Source: a virus
Lineage: Duplodnaviria > Caudoviricetes
DNA length: 64,000 nucleotides
Reading direction: 5' to 3' (one strand)
Virus record (IMG/VR): IMGVR_UViG_3300047159_000056
Span: 143,397-207,396 of that record
The notes beneath the pieces are model-generated. The model had not been told where the DNA came from and made no database searches. It saw only the letters and a list, made by a program, of their open reading frames with translations. Positions 38,944 through 49,095 of the stretch are shown piece by piece. Position numbers and translations under genes: made by a program. The first letter of the stretch is position 1. Each line of letters opens with the position of its first letter.

Positions 38944-40257
38944 CTATTTATCTACTGTTGAAAATTCCTTCTCAATTGTCAACATTGCTTTCTCATTTTT
39001 TACCTGAGAACTATCCAATGTGGGACCGAGTATAGTTTCTTCTCTCCAGTATCTAGAAATTTTTTCGCTCAAATTTATCTCAGAATCTATTCTCTTTCTG
39101 AGACTTGTTGAGACTATCTCTACTTGTTTTCTATACTTTCCTACCAGGATAGATAGAGAACTAAATGAGATGTAACTACTGTCTATGTCAAAATTTACCA
39201 GACCTAGTGCAGTATTATCTTCTTCGATTGGGAAAATTTTTCCCAACTCCTCTACAAAATTATGGTCTTTATAGATTATTCCAACCTCTTCCAATTTATT
39301 AAAAGGGTTGAATCTCTCTATCAAATTATGACCTTCCTTCTGATACTTAACCAATCCAATTATTTTTCTACAACTATCCATAGAAAAAACATCTGGATAT
39401 AAGTTAGCGAGTGTGACAAGTTTTTTATAATCAACCCTATCAAACTCTGGCTTGAAACAAGTTTCCCTTACTGATTTAAGCAAGTTATCTACACTCTCAT
39501 ATCTTGAACTACTTAATAGTAATCCACCTATTATGAATAGAAGATACTTGTCTGATTCACTAATATTAGAAACCTCTTTTCTTACTATCTTTATTTCTTT
39601 CTTTTCTTCTTGTTGAACCGGAGCAGTCTCACCAATAAACTCTCTATATTTTTCAGATATGTTATGGTGAACAATGCTACAATTCATTATGTCTACAAAA
39701 CCATCTCTATTGCTAGAAATATACTTAATCTCAATGCCAGTACGAGCTTTTACACCCTTAATAACTGTATCAAACTTAGAGATGGTCATATTGTTTTTTC
39801 CAAGAATTTTTCCCATTCTAGACAGAGAAATTCTACTGTGCTGATCTTTCTTGGCCTCTGCTAAGAGTATCATCACTTTCTTAATCTCCTCGTCTGTTGG
39901 GATATGATTTCCTCTTCCACGTCCTTTTATTTTTTTTGTCTTGGATGTGGAACTCTTCTCCTTTTCCTCAGGCACTACATAAGTCCCTATTGAATAGACA
40001 CTCATCATATTTCTTTGCCCAAGCTTTCCTCTTTCTGGATTGATAACTTTTTTCTCAGATACAGAATACCTCTTTTGAAGTAATCCAATGATCTGATAAT
40101 ATTTACCAGAATTCGTAATTTTTCGCAATCCAAAAGCCTTATTAGCTTCATCTATGATCACGAACATTCTTTTTCTAGATACCTCTCCTTCTTGAGATAT
40201 CCTCTTACATACAGCGTTATAATAAAGCGCTGTTCTTCTGTTTTCTTCTTGTTCCAT
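38944..40257 (-). CDS. Hypothetical basic protein, possibly DNA-binding
   Basis: 437-aa ORF. Confidence 0.6.
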   Translation of the reverse strand: MEQEENRRTALYYNAVCKRISQEGEVSRKRMFVIIDEANKAFGLRKITNSGKYYQIIGLLQKRYSVSEKKVINPERGKLGQRNMMSVYSIGTYVVPEEKEKSSTSKTKKIKGRGRGNHIPTDEEIKKVMILLAEAKKDQHSRISLSRMGKILGKNNMTISKFDTVIKGVKARTGIEIKYISSNRDGFVDIMNCSIVHHNISEKYREFIGETAPVQQEEKKEIKIVRKEVSNISESDKYLLFIIGGLLLSSSRYESVDNLLKSVRETCFKPEFDRVDYKKLVTLANLYPDVFSMDSCRKIIGLVKYQKEGHNLIERFNPFNKLEEVGIIYKDHNFVEELGKIFPIEEDNTALGLVNFDIDSSYISFSSLSILVGKYRKQVEIVSTSLRKRIDSEINLSEKISRYWREETILGPTLDSSQVKNEKAMLTIEKEFSTVDK

Positions 40258-40303
40258 TTTTTTTGTTGTTTTTAAAATTTTGTCCTTAGATCTGGGCTAA
40301 AGA

Positions 40304-40543
40304 CTAATATACCTGATGTCCCACAGATGACATTTTCTTTCCTAAACCATAATTTAATTTTCTTATGGTTTCTTCCTCTCCACGACATAAGTCACGGAGA
40401 TTCATGTTCTCGTTTTCCAGGCTTCTAATCCTTTCATTTTTAGAACCTAGAACTTTTCCAATTGACAGGGATATAATTGTCAACCCTAATCCAGCTGCTG
40501 TTACTTTTACCCATGTCTTTTTAAATAGTTTTTTTATTTCCAT
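40304..40543 (-). CDS. Small membrane-anchored coiled-coil protein
   Basis: N-terminal TM segment; own promoter at 40564-40574. Confidence 0.6.
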   Translation of the reverse strand: MEIKKLFKKTWVKVTAAGLGLTIISLSIGKVLGSKNERIRSLENENMNLRDLCRGEEETIRKLNYGLGKKMSSVGHQVY

Positions 40544-40709
40544 TTCATTTTTTTTGTTTAACTCACATATAAGGGTTTGGGATGAAAAAATAAGAAGAGG
40601 ATTTTACACCTCTTCCTGTTTTAGTTTCTTCTTTATCCACTTATTAATAGTGGGTTCTAATTCTCTAAATATTTTATTGAATGAGAAGACTGCAATTCTC
40701 TTCAACAGT

Positions 40710-41054
40710 TTAATTATCTCTGTATTCATTTGCTTTATCTTCCTCCTCTCTAAACCTATCGAGATCATCCCTATTTCCAATTGAATAAAGAATATCTCTT
40801 ACGATTCTTTTTAATCTCCTAATTAATTTTATTGGAGGCATCTTATTTAGAATTCCTTCCATCATAAGAACCTTCTCCCTTATATAGGAGATCTCTTCCT
40901 GTGCGGCTCTCTCTCGCCACCAGTTTATCTCGGCTTCTCTATATTCTTTGTCGAAGATAAACTTTAACTTATGCGCAATGGCAGACCCTATGGATCCTCC
41001 TATTGCCGCCACCACTAATGATAGGATGGCCTCTACTATTCTTAACTCAATCAT
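40710..41054 (-). CDS. Membrane-anchored hypothetical protein
   Basis: N-terminal TM segment; lies downstream of the hammerhead. Confidence 0.55.
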   Translation of the reverse strand: MIELRIVEAILSLVVAAIGGSIGSAIAHKLKFIFDKEYREAEINWWRERAAQEEISYIREKVLMMEGILNKMPPIKLIRRLKRIVRDILYSIGNRDDLDRFREEEDKANEYRDN

Positions 41055-41135
41055 GTTTTTTTCATAATTTTTTTGTTTTAAAATTGTTTGTTATATTGTC
41101 TATGTCAGGTTTCTATAATCTTTAGTATATACTAA

Positions 41136-41203
41136 TGAACATCTGTTTCGATCTATAATTGATCTCTTCAGTCTAGGAGTTTAACCTAGATACAGTTTGT
41201 TCA
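41136..41203 (-). ncRNA. Type III hammerhead ribozyme
   Basis: UGAACA-aa-CUG-UA^-UCUAGG(uuaaacu)CCUAGA-CUGAAGA-GAUC(aauuaua)GAUC-GAAA-CAG-a-UGUUCA; all core nucleotides and all three stems are present. Confidence 0.9.
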
Positions 41204-41246
41204 AAATTAAAATGGAGAAAGAGTATTAAACTCTCTCCCCAAATTT

Positions 41247-41444
41247 TTATTCTTCATTATCGCCCCTAAATGGAGCATCTTCGCTCCAATAGAAAGCATA
41301 TAGTATCATCAATACTATCCCGGCGTTTACTGCGCCGAGGATATAGTTGATCCATAATTCTGTTGTATTATTACAGATTATGATCAGATTTAATATAATT
41401 ACCGCGATATAAAACCATGGTAAATTTACTTCTTTCTTTTTCAT
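41247..41444 (-). CDS. Small 2-TM membrane protein
   Basis: Hydrophobic 65-aa ORF. Confidence 0.55.
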   Translation of the reverse strand: MKKKEVNLPWFYIAVIILNLIIICNNTTELWINYILGAVNAGIVLMILYAFYWSEDAPFRGDNEE

Positions 41445-42312
41445 ATTTTTTAATTTTAATTGTTATTCTCTTCATTAAAAGGAGCCCATTTAAGAGCTCC
41501 TATAGTTGTTGCTTATGCATCCAAGACTTCTATGAGCCTTAGTTGGATGCTCTTAAAAAAAATTATAAATTTTCATTTTATATTTTTTAAAAGTTATTTT
41601 CTCCATTAAATTGGACCTATGATTTCTCTTCATAGGATTTCTATATTAGAATTATATCCTCCCTCAAACCTCTTCAGTTTTTGTTTTAGATATAATAGGA
41701 TTGCTGTATACTTTCCCGTTCTAATAAATCCACCCTCTTACTAATATATGTTATGTGATACAGTCACATTATACATAATTTTCTGAGTTCATCCCTGTAC
41801 AAGGATTACTGTGTTTTTTGATCCAGCAATTATTAACTCTTCATTAATAACCCTATGATCTTGCTTTAATATTTCCTCAATATTAAAATTTTATATTTTG
41901 TTATAATATGTAGGCAAAAAGCCAATAGCCTCTCGCTCTACTATATTATGTCTCCAACCTTTAATACGCTGCCAGCCTATAAAATATACAAAGGTATAAC
42001 AACTCCTTCTTTCTGACTATATATGTCATAAGTATATTTTGTTTAGCATTTTTACATTGCTGGCACAATGCTGAGTATGTCATTCTCAGTTGTCCTTATT
42101 AGATTTACCCTAAACCACCTTTAGCATGATCTTAATAAGTTAGTGTTATTCGTTTCAACACACATATAAAAATTAATAGAATACTTTAATTTTTCAAAAG
42201 TACTCTAGGAAGATTTCGAAAGATACTAAGTCTTTCTCTCTCCACATATAAGGGTTTTTTGCCATTCCTAGACGGAAAAAAGAAGAGAGCTATTTCTCTC
42301 TCCTTATTACAA

Positions 42313-42885
42313 TTATAGGCTACAAATATCGTCTATTCCTCCTAAGTTTTTTATTTTTCCTTTAGTTCTTAATCTATAGCAAACCTTATTATAATTTCCG
42401 GCTCCATAGATATATAAGAGGATAAATTCTTTCTTCTGTCCAGGTTTATGAAATTTTACTACTACATAATTATCTTCAAATTCATCGTAGTATTCACCCC
42501 AAACTTTTTCTAGCTTATAATTAGTTACTTTGCTTTTTACAAACTTATATAGATCCACTAAGTTTCCATTAAAGTGATTTTTAGTTAGAACCATCTTAAT
42601 TAACCAAGCTGCTATATCTTCAGGATCTTCTTGTCCAAATAGATTTAGTTTAAGATATGGGTTCTTAGTACCTCTCTTCTTACTAATTAATTCAACTTGA
42701 GAAATTTTATCATCTTTCTCAATTGGATATTTCTTTGTCTTAGAATAGCTATAAACCACAGTATAATCTACCCATGGTCTCTCAAGTACTCTAAAACTAA
42801 ATTCATTATCAACTACTTCTGTCCAGTCCATAAGAAGACCGCCCTCTATTAAGTTTTGTAATATTTCATTGGCACTAGTCATCAT
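42313..42885 (-). CDS. Hypothetical protein
   Basis: ORF followed by a terminator. Confidence 0.6.
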   Translation of the reverse strand: MMTSANEILQNLIEGGLLMDWTEVVDNEFSFRVLERPWVDYTVVYSYSKTKKYPIEKDDKISQVELISKKRGTKNPYLKLNLFGQEDPEDIAAWLIKMVLTKNHFNGNLVDLYKFVKSKVTNYKLEKVWGEYYDEFEDNYVVVKFHKPGQKKEFILLYIYGAGNYNKVCYRLRTKGKIKNLGGIDDICSL

Positions 42886-43615
42886 TAATTATTCTAATCA
42901 TAAATTCTTTCAGGATAATTTTTAATTGTTCATCAGGTATAGAGGTCAATCTATCTAAGTATTTATAATCGTCTATCCCTATTCTCTCTAGGTTTCCTGA
43001 TTGTAAGTAGTAATTTATTTTAGATTCTGGATTAATTCCTCTTCTAATAAATTTAACTGGAGAATAATCTACACTCCAAAACTTACTGCTAATATATTTT
43101 ATGCTCTGTCCTAGGTATAAATCAGCTCTTCTAGAATCATCAAAGAGAAAGCTAATATTTCCTAATTTCCAAGTATCATTATTAAATCTAAAAACATAGA
43201 AGTTATAGAAATCAACATCCTCTACTAAAAAATTTATATCTTTCTCTTTCTTAAGACCATTAATTAATTCATTTAGTGTTTTCTTTATATAGGATGTTCT
43301 ATTACGGAGACAAAAGTAATAATCCATTTTTTCTTCTACTACTTTTTTAAACCAGTCTAGACAAGAATAGGAATCATCGTTTTCTGAATTATAGAAAATA
43401 AATTTTATAGTTTTTCCTTCCTCCGCTTCTTTTCCTAATCTTTCTATCTTAAATTCTGACATCTTATCTTTTCTAGGGCCATGATAAGAAATTCTATATC
43501 GTAAATGAAATGTCTTATCCCTAAAAGAAATAAAGTTCAGTTTATATCTATCTAGTTTAAACCTATTATTATTCTTTATATAATCAAGAAGTTCTACGTA
43601 GTTAAATATTTTCAT
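42875..43615 (-). CDS. Hypothetical protein
   Basis: ORF. Confidence 0.6.
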   Translation of the reverse strand: MKIFNYVELLDYIKNNNRFKLDRYKLNFISFRDKTFHLRYRISYHGPRKDKMSEFKIERLGKEAEEGKTIKFIFYNSENDDSYSCLDWFKKVVEEKMDYYFCLRNRTSYIKKTLNELINGLKKEKDINFLVEDVDFYNFYVFRFNNDTWKLGNISFLFDDSRRADLYLGQSIKYISSKFWSVDYSPVKFIRRGINPESKINYYLQSGNLERIGIDDYKYLDRLTSIPDEQLKIILKEFMIRIINDD

Positions 43616-43697
43616 TTCTTCTTTTTAAATAAGGAAAGGGGACAACAATAATGTATATCCCCTTTTTATTTTTCAATATATTCTTTAATCCTCCTCA

Positions 43698-43910
43698 CTA
43701 TCTATTGACATCATAGACTTTAGGGTTCTCAATTCTCTTTTTTAAGTTATAGTTCTCTTTTCTTAGAGAATCAATCCCTTCAGTCATTCTTTTGACCTTC
43801 TTCTGTAATCCTTCTTGAGATTTAATAAGCTCCTTTATAGATTTGAAGTTATTAAGGATCTTCTCGGTCATTGTATCATTAGTCATAGTGTTAAAAAAGT
43901 TAAGTTCCAT
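43698..43910 (-). CDS. Small coiled-coil protein
   Basis: ORF. Confidence 0.5.
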   Translation of the reverse strand: MELNFFNTMTNDTMTEKILNNFKSIKELIKSQEGLQKKVKRMTEGIDSLRKENYNLKKRIENPKVYDVNR

Positions 43911-43938
43911 TGTTAGACAAATTACTAACTGACATTAT

Positions 43939-44631
43939 TCACTTTTTCCTCAACTCAAAGATTTCGTCTATACCAAGTCCGTGATATATTTTACTTCCTA
44001 TATTTCCAGAATAACTATGATGAAAATGTCCATAAAACCAATATGAAAATCCCATCTCTCCTATGATACTGGTTAGGTAGGGTTCGCTCAGATACAATAG
44101 AGTTATAAGTTTCTTCTGTCATATCACGGTCTCTAAAACTACAGGTTCAAATGATATGGGCGCTGTATGGGAGACAATTATATCTGCTCTCCCGGGATAT
44201 TTATCTACTCGTTCAATTTTTTCTCCTTCCCAGAAACACTTAGTCTTTATCTTTTTCTGAGCTTCTATTCTAGCTGCTTTGTCAATAGAAGTAGCTCCAC
44301 CAATGGGATATATACTCCAACCAGCAATATTAACTAGTTCATGGTCCTCTAAGAATTTTAATCTTGGATAGTCATGTTTTCCATCAAACCAAGCTGGATC
44401 ATCATGATTTCCTCTAATTGTATAAAGTCGTATATCATTTTTCTCCAACCTCTTAAGTACTCTAGAATACATAACATCCATAGACTTAGGACGACCAAAA
44501 CCTACTCCAAAATCTCCACAAACGACTAGGTCAATATTGGTAGCTTTATATCTTTCGGTTATAGTCCATACAAGTTTTCTTAATTCTCCATGTATATCCC
44601 CACAAAAATAGATAGACTTCTTCTCACTCAT
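43939..44631 (-). CDS. Calcineurin-like metallophosphoesterase with a frameshifted C-terminus
   Basis: GDIHG, GDFG, RGNHD, SHTAP; the final WFYGHFH motif lies past the annotated stop (44119) and needs indel correction. Confidence 0.8.
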
Positions 44632-44890
44632 CGCATGATATTTTTAATCTAGAAACTATTTCTTCTGCTACTTTCTCTTTTATAGAGTTAATGTTTTTCT
44701 CTAACTTATCCTTCATGAGATTAGACATAATAGATTGTATGTTATAATCGTCAAATGAATTAGCAATTAATTTTTTGGCTTCTTGTTCTACTGCCTCTTT
44801 AATCCACTGCTTAATATCATCTTTTGTAATTCCTAAATCATTGGCCATGTAATTCTTGAACATTGACCACTTATCATATTTTTCACTCAT
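44624..44890 (-). CDS. Hypothetical protein
   Basis: ORF. Confidence 0.55.
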   Translation of the reverse strand: MSEKYDKWSMFKNYMANDLGITKDDIKQWIKEAVEQEAKKLIANSFDDYNIQSIMSNLMKDKLEKNINSIKEKVAEEIVSRLKISCDE

Positions 44891-45270
44891 TCTTTTTCCT
44901 CCACAACTCTAGTAAGTAAATTATTTTCTCTGGCAATTCTTATCATCATCATAGTACCTTTGCTTTCTACTTTAGGTTTTAAGAATGCTATTAGACCATT
45001 ACTAAGTGAAGCCATCAAGGTATTTCTTTTAAACCCAGCTGACTTACCATATTTATCCCAATTTGCAGGATAGGTTTCACACTCTAGTCCTTTTTCCCTA
45101 GCATATTCTTCTCCTAAGGTATCAGCTCCTCTAGCATGACCACTAACTATAATTACCTTAGTATCTTTATCTTCTAATTTTTTCTTTAAAATATTGTCAC
45201 ATTTTTCTTTCAAGAGAGGATAGTCTGTGAACTCTCTTGATCCTGCTATAATTACTCTAAACTCTTTCAT
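44887..45270 (-). CDS. SLOG/YspA-like (DUF2493-type) protein
   Basis: IIAGSREF.DY, IVSGHARGAD, SAGFKRN, SKGT. Confidence 0.75.
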   Translation of the reverse strand: MKEFRVIIAGSREFTDYPLLKEKCDNILKKKLEDKDTKVIIVSGHARGADTLGEEYAREKGLECETYPANWDKYGKSAGFKRNTLMASLSNGLIAFLKPKVESKGTMMMIRIARENNLLTRVVEEKE

Positions 45271-46163
45271 TCTTTTATATAATCTAAAATGTCAAGAGCA
45301 CTTTTCATCCAAGAAGCTCTTATATTTTTCTTGCCATCTCCTATACTATTTATCATATCTATAGTAGCTTGTAAACTTCTCTTCATACCTGGATCCCACT
45401 CAGATTCTCCTAGAATACCAACAAAACAGAATCCTCCATCTAAGTGTTTATAAGCAGAATCAATACACTCTGCTATAGAAAATACTCCTTTCATTTCCGG
45501 AGTAATTATATAAAGATGTGTATTGCAAATTTCTTTTTCTTGTACTTCTATTTCTCTACACTCAGGAGTCCAATCAGGAACAACTGGATTAAAATAAGAA
45601 ATACCTAATTTTTCTAGTTCAGGAATTAAATCTTTTCTCCAGTCAGTAAGAGCACAAGTCCCTCCTAAGAATACTCTCTCTGGTTTTTCTATTTTATCAA
45701 ACCTTAGATTAAACTTAGACTCACTTAGTTGAATACAGGCAATTTCTTCTTTTGCATTTGGTATAATTGACTTATATGCATGAACTTCAACATGTAAAGA
45801 ATCATCATAAGTAGAAATACCTAAGTCATCTTTTACAAATCTTGTCCAAATATCCTCTAAATTTTTTATATAATTAGATGTATCTTTCTTCTTAATATTT
45901 TTCTTAAGAATAAATTGTATTAAGAGCCGGAATTGTTTTGTATTCTTTAGGAAGTCAAGGTACTCTGTAAAATCCACTGCCCTAAGTTGATCTTTAATTA
46001 TTCTTTCAACTGTATTAGCCTTTGGATTTTTATAAACTTGAGCATGTGGATGACCTCCTGAATAAGATACCTTTGCTTTATATAAGTCATTGGTACTAAC
46101 AAATCCATCTTTTATTTTTACTACTAGTTTTAATTCTTTCTTCATATAGTTCTCATTAAACAA
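45267..46163 (-). CDS. RusA-like Holliday junction resolvase fused to a nucleoside 2-deoxyribosyltransferase-like domain
   Basis: VSTNDLY...KKDTSNYIKNLED...YDDS (RusA-type), then VFLGGTC..WR...YFNPVVPDW...E (NDT-like). Confidence 0.65.
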   Translation of the reverse strand: MFNENYMKKELKLVVKIKDGFVSTNDLYKAKVSYSGGHPHAQVYKNPKANTVERIIKDQLRAVDFTEYLDFLKNTKQFRLLIQFILKKNIKKKDTSNYIKNLEDIWTRFVKDDLGISTYDDSLHVEVHAYKSIIPNAKEEIACIQLSESKFNLRFDKIEKPERVFLGGTCALTDWRKDLIPELEKLGISYFNPVVPDWTPECREIEVQEKEICNTHLYIITPEMKGVFSIAECIDSAYKHLDGGFCFVGILGESEWDPGMKRSLQATIDMINSIGDGKKNIRASWMKSALDILDYIKE

Positions 46164-47598
46164 ATGGACTAGGACCTGGAGCTGGCATCCAACCTCCTCC
46201 TACTCCTTGCTGCTGTTGATTATTCATTTTATTCTGTACAATACCATGAGCAACCCGAGAAGCACCTTGATAAGAAGCTATCATGCCATCTATATCTTGT
46301 TCTGTAAATTCTCGTTTCTCAGTAATATTCTTTATCTGTTCATATACTCCTCTTGGCAGAATCTTAAACCTACCATTTCCAAGTCGTATACTATAAGCTA
46401 TAACATTTTCTTCACCTCGTCTAGACTTAACTATCTTAAAAATACCAAGTCCATTAAGATCATTTATTTCCCTAGATCTTGTCATAGCCCAATCAACTGC
46501 ATGAATTTTTCTTGAACTCTCACCTACCATGTCTATATTAATTGTTGCTAGACTCTGTTGAATTTGCCAAGAAGCTTTCATCGGTTGTGCTAAGATAAAT
46601 ACTAATTTTTTGTCTTGTACAGTTAATTCAGAAAGTTTAGAATATATTTCTCCATACACTAGGTACATAGAATCTGTAAATACTTTGGACTTAAACTGAC
46701 TATCATAATCTATAAAACAAATCTGATAACATCCTTTCTTTCTAATAAAATCAACATATTCATCTACTGTTATCTCATTAGCAGGTACGACAGTTATTTC
46801 AAGATTATCTCCTATTACCCCTTTTAATGTAGAGTATGTATTCTTAAGATCCAGTTTAACTTCATAAAATTGTTTCCCAAGATACATTGCTCCCATTCTA
46901 GTAATAAAGTCCAGTTCAATCATATCACCCATACACAAGTAATGAACCTTATAACCACTTAGGGCCATATTAAGAGCTTCCTGCATGGCAAATAAAGTTT
47001 TACCTGTACCTGGTGGCATACATATTAAATTTAAACCTGTTGCTGGATATCCCATCTCTGGCTTAAAAGTTTGATTAATAAAGTCAAATTTACTAGGGAT
47101 ACTTCTATTATCTCCCTCAGCTATCATCGTATTAAAATCAAGACTAGAAAAACCAGTTCCAATTAATTCTACCTCTTTCTCTGAAGTCTTAATATCCAGT
47201 GACTTAATATAATTTATATAATCACTTGGATGATCTACATATAGTTTTCCAGCTTTTTGTAAGGCATTATCTGCACATATATCTTTTATTAATTTTCTAA
47301 CTGGCTCCGTCTGCTCTTTGGAATAATTCTTACAGTTTATGATATCAGACATTATCTTTTCTGACTCACCCTCTGATTTTCCAGATTTTATCATTATTCC
47401 TCTAAACAACGGAACACCAATAGATTCAAAATCATAAGTCTTAATTGCAGCAATAAGATTCTCTACTAGCTTATTTCCTACAGTTGGTGGAAATGTATCA
47501 AAGAAATGCTGTATGTCTATTATATTATCTTTCGCAGTCTGATATACATACTGATTAAAACATGTATATAAGAAATCTAAATAATTATCTGTTAACAT
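46156..47598 (-). CDS. Replicative DnaB/gp41-like helicase
   Basis: Walker A PPGTGKT, FIDY, LAQ, KSRRG. Confidence 0.8.
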   Translation of the reverse strand: MLTDNYLDFLYTCFNQYVYQTAKDNIIDIQHFFDTFPPTVGNKLVENLIAAIKTYDFESIGVPLFRGIMIKSGKSEGESEKIMSDIINCKNYSKEQTEPVRKLIKDICADNALQKAGKLYVDHPSDYINYIKSLDIKTSEKEVELIGTGFSSLDFNTMIAEGDNRSIPSKFDFINQTFKPEMGYPATGLNLICMPPGTGKTLFAMQEALNMALSGYKVHYLCMGDMIELDFITRMGAMYLGKQFYEVKLDLKNTYSTLKGVIGDNLEITVVPANEITVDEYVDFIRKKGCYQICFIDYDSQFKSKVFTDSMYLVYGEIYSKLSELTVQDKKLVFILAQPMKASWQIQQSLATINIDMVGESSRKIHAVDWAMTRSREINDLNGLGIFKIVKSRRGEENVIAYSIRLGNGRFKILPRGVYEQIKNITEKREFTEQDIDGMIASYQGASRVAHGIVQNKMNNQQQQGVGGGWMPAPGPSPFV

Positions 47599-49091
47599 AA
47601 GATATCATCATTTATATATGTTGTCTCTATATCACAGAACTTGTAATATTTTCTTAACATCTCATTCCTTTCATTTGCTCCCTTTGTATATACTGGTATG
47701 ATTCTTCCTCTTCCAGATGCTAGGGTAATTACATTCATATGCTTTCCTCTAGCTGTTCTACCTATTGCCTGAAGAACAACACCAGCTACTTTTCCAATAC
47801 ATAGTAAGATATTCTCTAAGCCAGGAAAATCTAAGGCCCTATAACCAGCTGCTGTACTTGGAATAACATCAACCAGGTCATTCTTAATATAATCGCAAGC
47901 TTCAGTTAAGGTCAGACTTTTCTTATTTCCCTCTAAGTCATAATAAATATAACCCTTTCCACATACTAGGAGAATTCTAAAAGTACCAATGAAATAGTTA
48001 TTAATCCAACCATCTAAGATAGTCACTAAGTTATTCATTGGTATAAAAGTCTTCGGAAATCTCTTAACTATTTTTACTATAGTTTCACATACATCTGGAT
48101 CTGTCCATAGTTGATTCATAATTTCTCCATAAACATTTCCAGCACTCTCTATTGCTTCATTATCTAGGACTAAGTTATCTAAGGCTCTCGAATTTACCAC
48201 TATATCATCTATTGACATATTAAGCGGTAATCTAAATACAAGAGCAGGACCAAAATACTTAATAAGATTTCTATTCTTTAAGACAGTATCGCTAAGACCT
48301 TGAGCAAAAGTAACTGCAGCTCCTGTATATTTATCAGCAGTACCACTAAAACCATAAAAGTTAGTGGCATTTACTAATTTAGAATATATAAACTCTCCAC
48401 TAGGATTAATCGTATACTCTACCTCATCAACTAAGACAACATCATAAGAAGCTAAGACAGTTTCCATTTGTTGTATACCAGAATCTCCTTTATTCTCTTT
48501 TCTCCTAAGAATTCCAGAAGTGATTATACAACAAATAGGTTCCCCTAAGTCTTTGCTAACCTCTAAAGAAAATCTAAGTTTTGCTCTCTTAATAAGTTCA
48601 TCTCTGGCTTTATTACCGGGAGTCACTAAGAGAACACGCTTACCAGACCCTACAAAATAATTTGCTAAGGTTGCTATTGTTTCTGTTTTTCCATAAGATG
48701 TATTTACTTGAAATAATCCTATCTTATATTTTAGTAAGAATAGGACATCCGAATTTTGATAATCCCTAAGATTTGGAAATGGTATATCTCTATATTCGGA
48801 AGAAGTTATAGCATTTCTAAGACAAGTCCAATCATCTAGGCTAATAACATTCGAAAAAGCTGACATAACATATGCTGCCCAACCTAAGCCTAAGATATAT
48901 TTAAATTTACCTCCACCTAAGTTGTGTCTACCTCTTTCGAAAATATGAACTGTTGTCTTATATGCTCCAAACTTCTTAGTCCAAACATTATAACCACTTT
49001 CGTCTAAATCACCCTTTAAAAAATTTTCTACAGTAGGATCATCAGTCAGAATTTCTATCTTATTTCCTTTTATAATCTTGGCTGAAAACAT
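47592..49091 (-). CDS. SF2 DNA helicase (UvsW-like)
   Basis: LRDYQ, TSYGKT, DEVE, SGT, QAIGRTAR. Confidence 0.8.
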   Translation of the reverse strand: MFSAKIIKGNKIEILTDDPTVENFLKGDLDESGYNVWTKKFGAYKTTVHIFERGRHNLGGGKFKYILGLGWAAYVMSAFSNVISLDDWTCLRNAITSSEYRDIPFPNLRDYQNSDVLFLLKYKIGLFQVNTSYGKTETIATLANYFVGSGKRVLLVTPGNKARDELIKRAKLRFSLEVSKDLGEPICCIITSGILRRKENKGDSGIQQMETVLASYDVVLVDEVEYTINPSGEFIYSKLVNATNFYGFSGTADKYTGAAVTFAQGLSDTVLKNRNLIKYFGPALVFRLPLNMSIDDIVVNSRALDNLVLDNEAIESAGNVYGEIMNQLWTDPDVCETIVKIVKRFPKTFIPMNNLVTILDGWINNYFIGTFRILLVCGKGYIYYDLEGNKKSLTLTEACDYIKNDLVDVIPSTAAGYRALDFPGLENILLCIGKVAGVVLQAIGRTARGKHMNVITLASGRGRIIPVYTKGANERNEMLRKYYKFCDIETTYINDDILC

Positions 49092-49095
49092 CTAT

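Noticed and set aside
41640-41700. Second hammerhead at a minus-strand CUGAAGA (~41671-41677)
   Set aside because: No stem II followed by GAAA, and no matching stems I and III.
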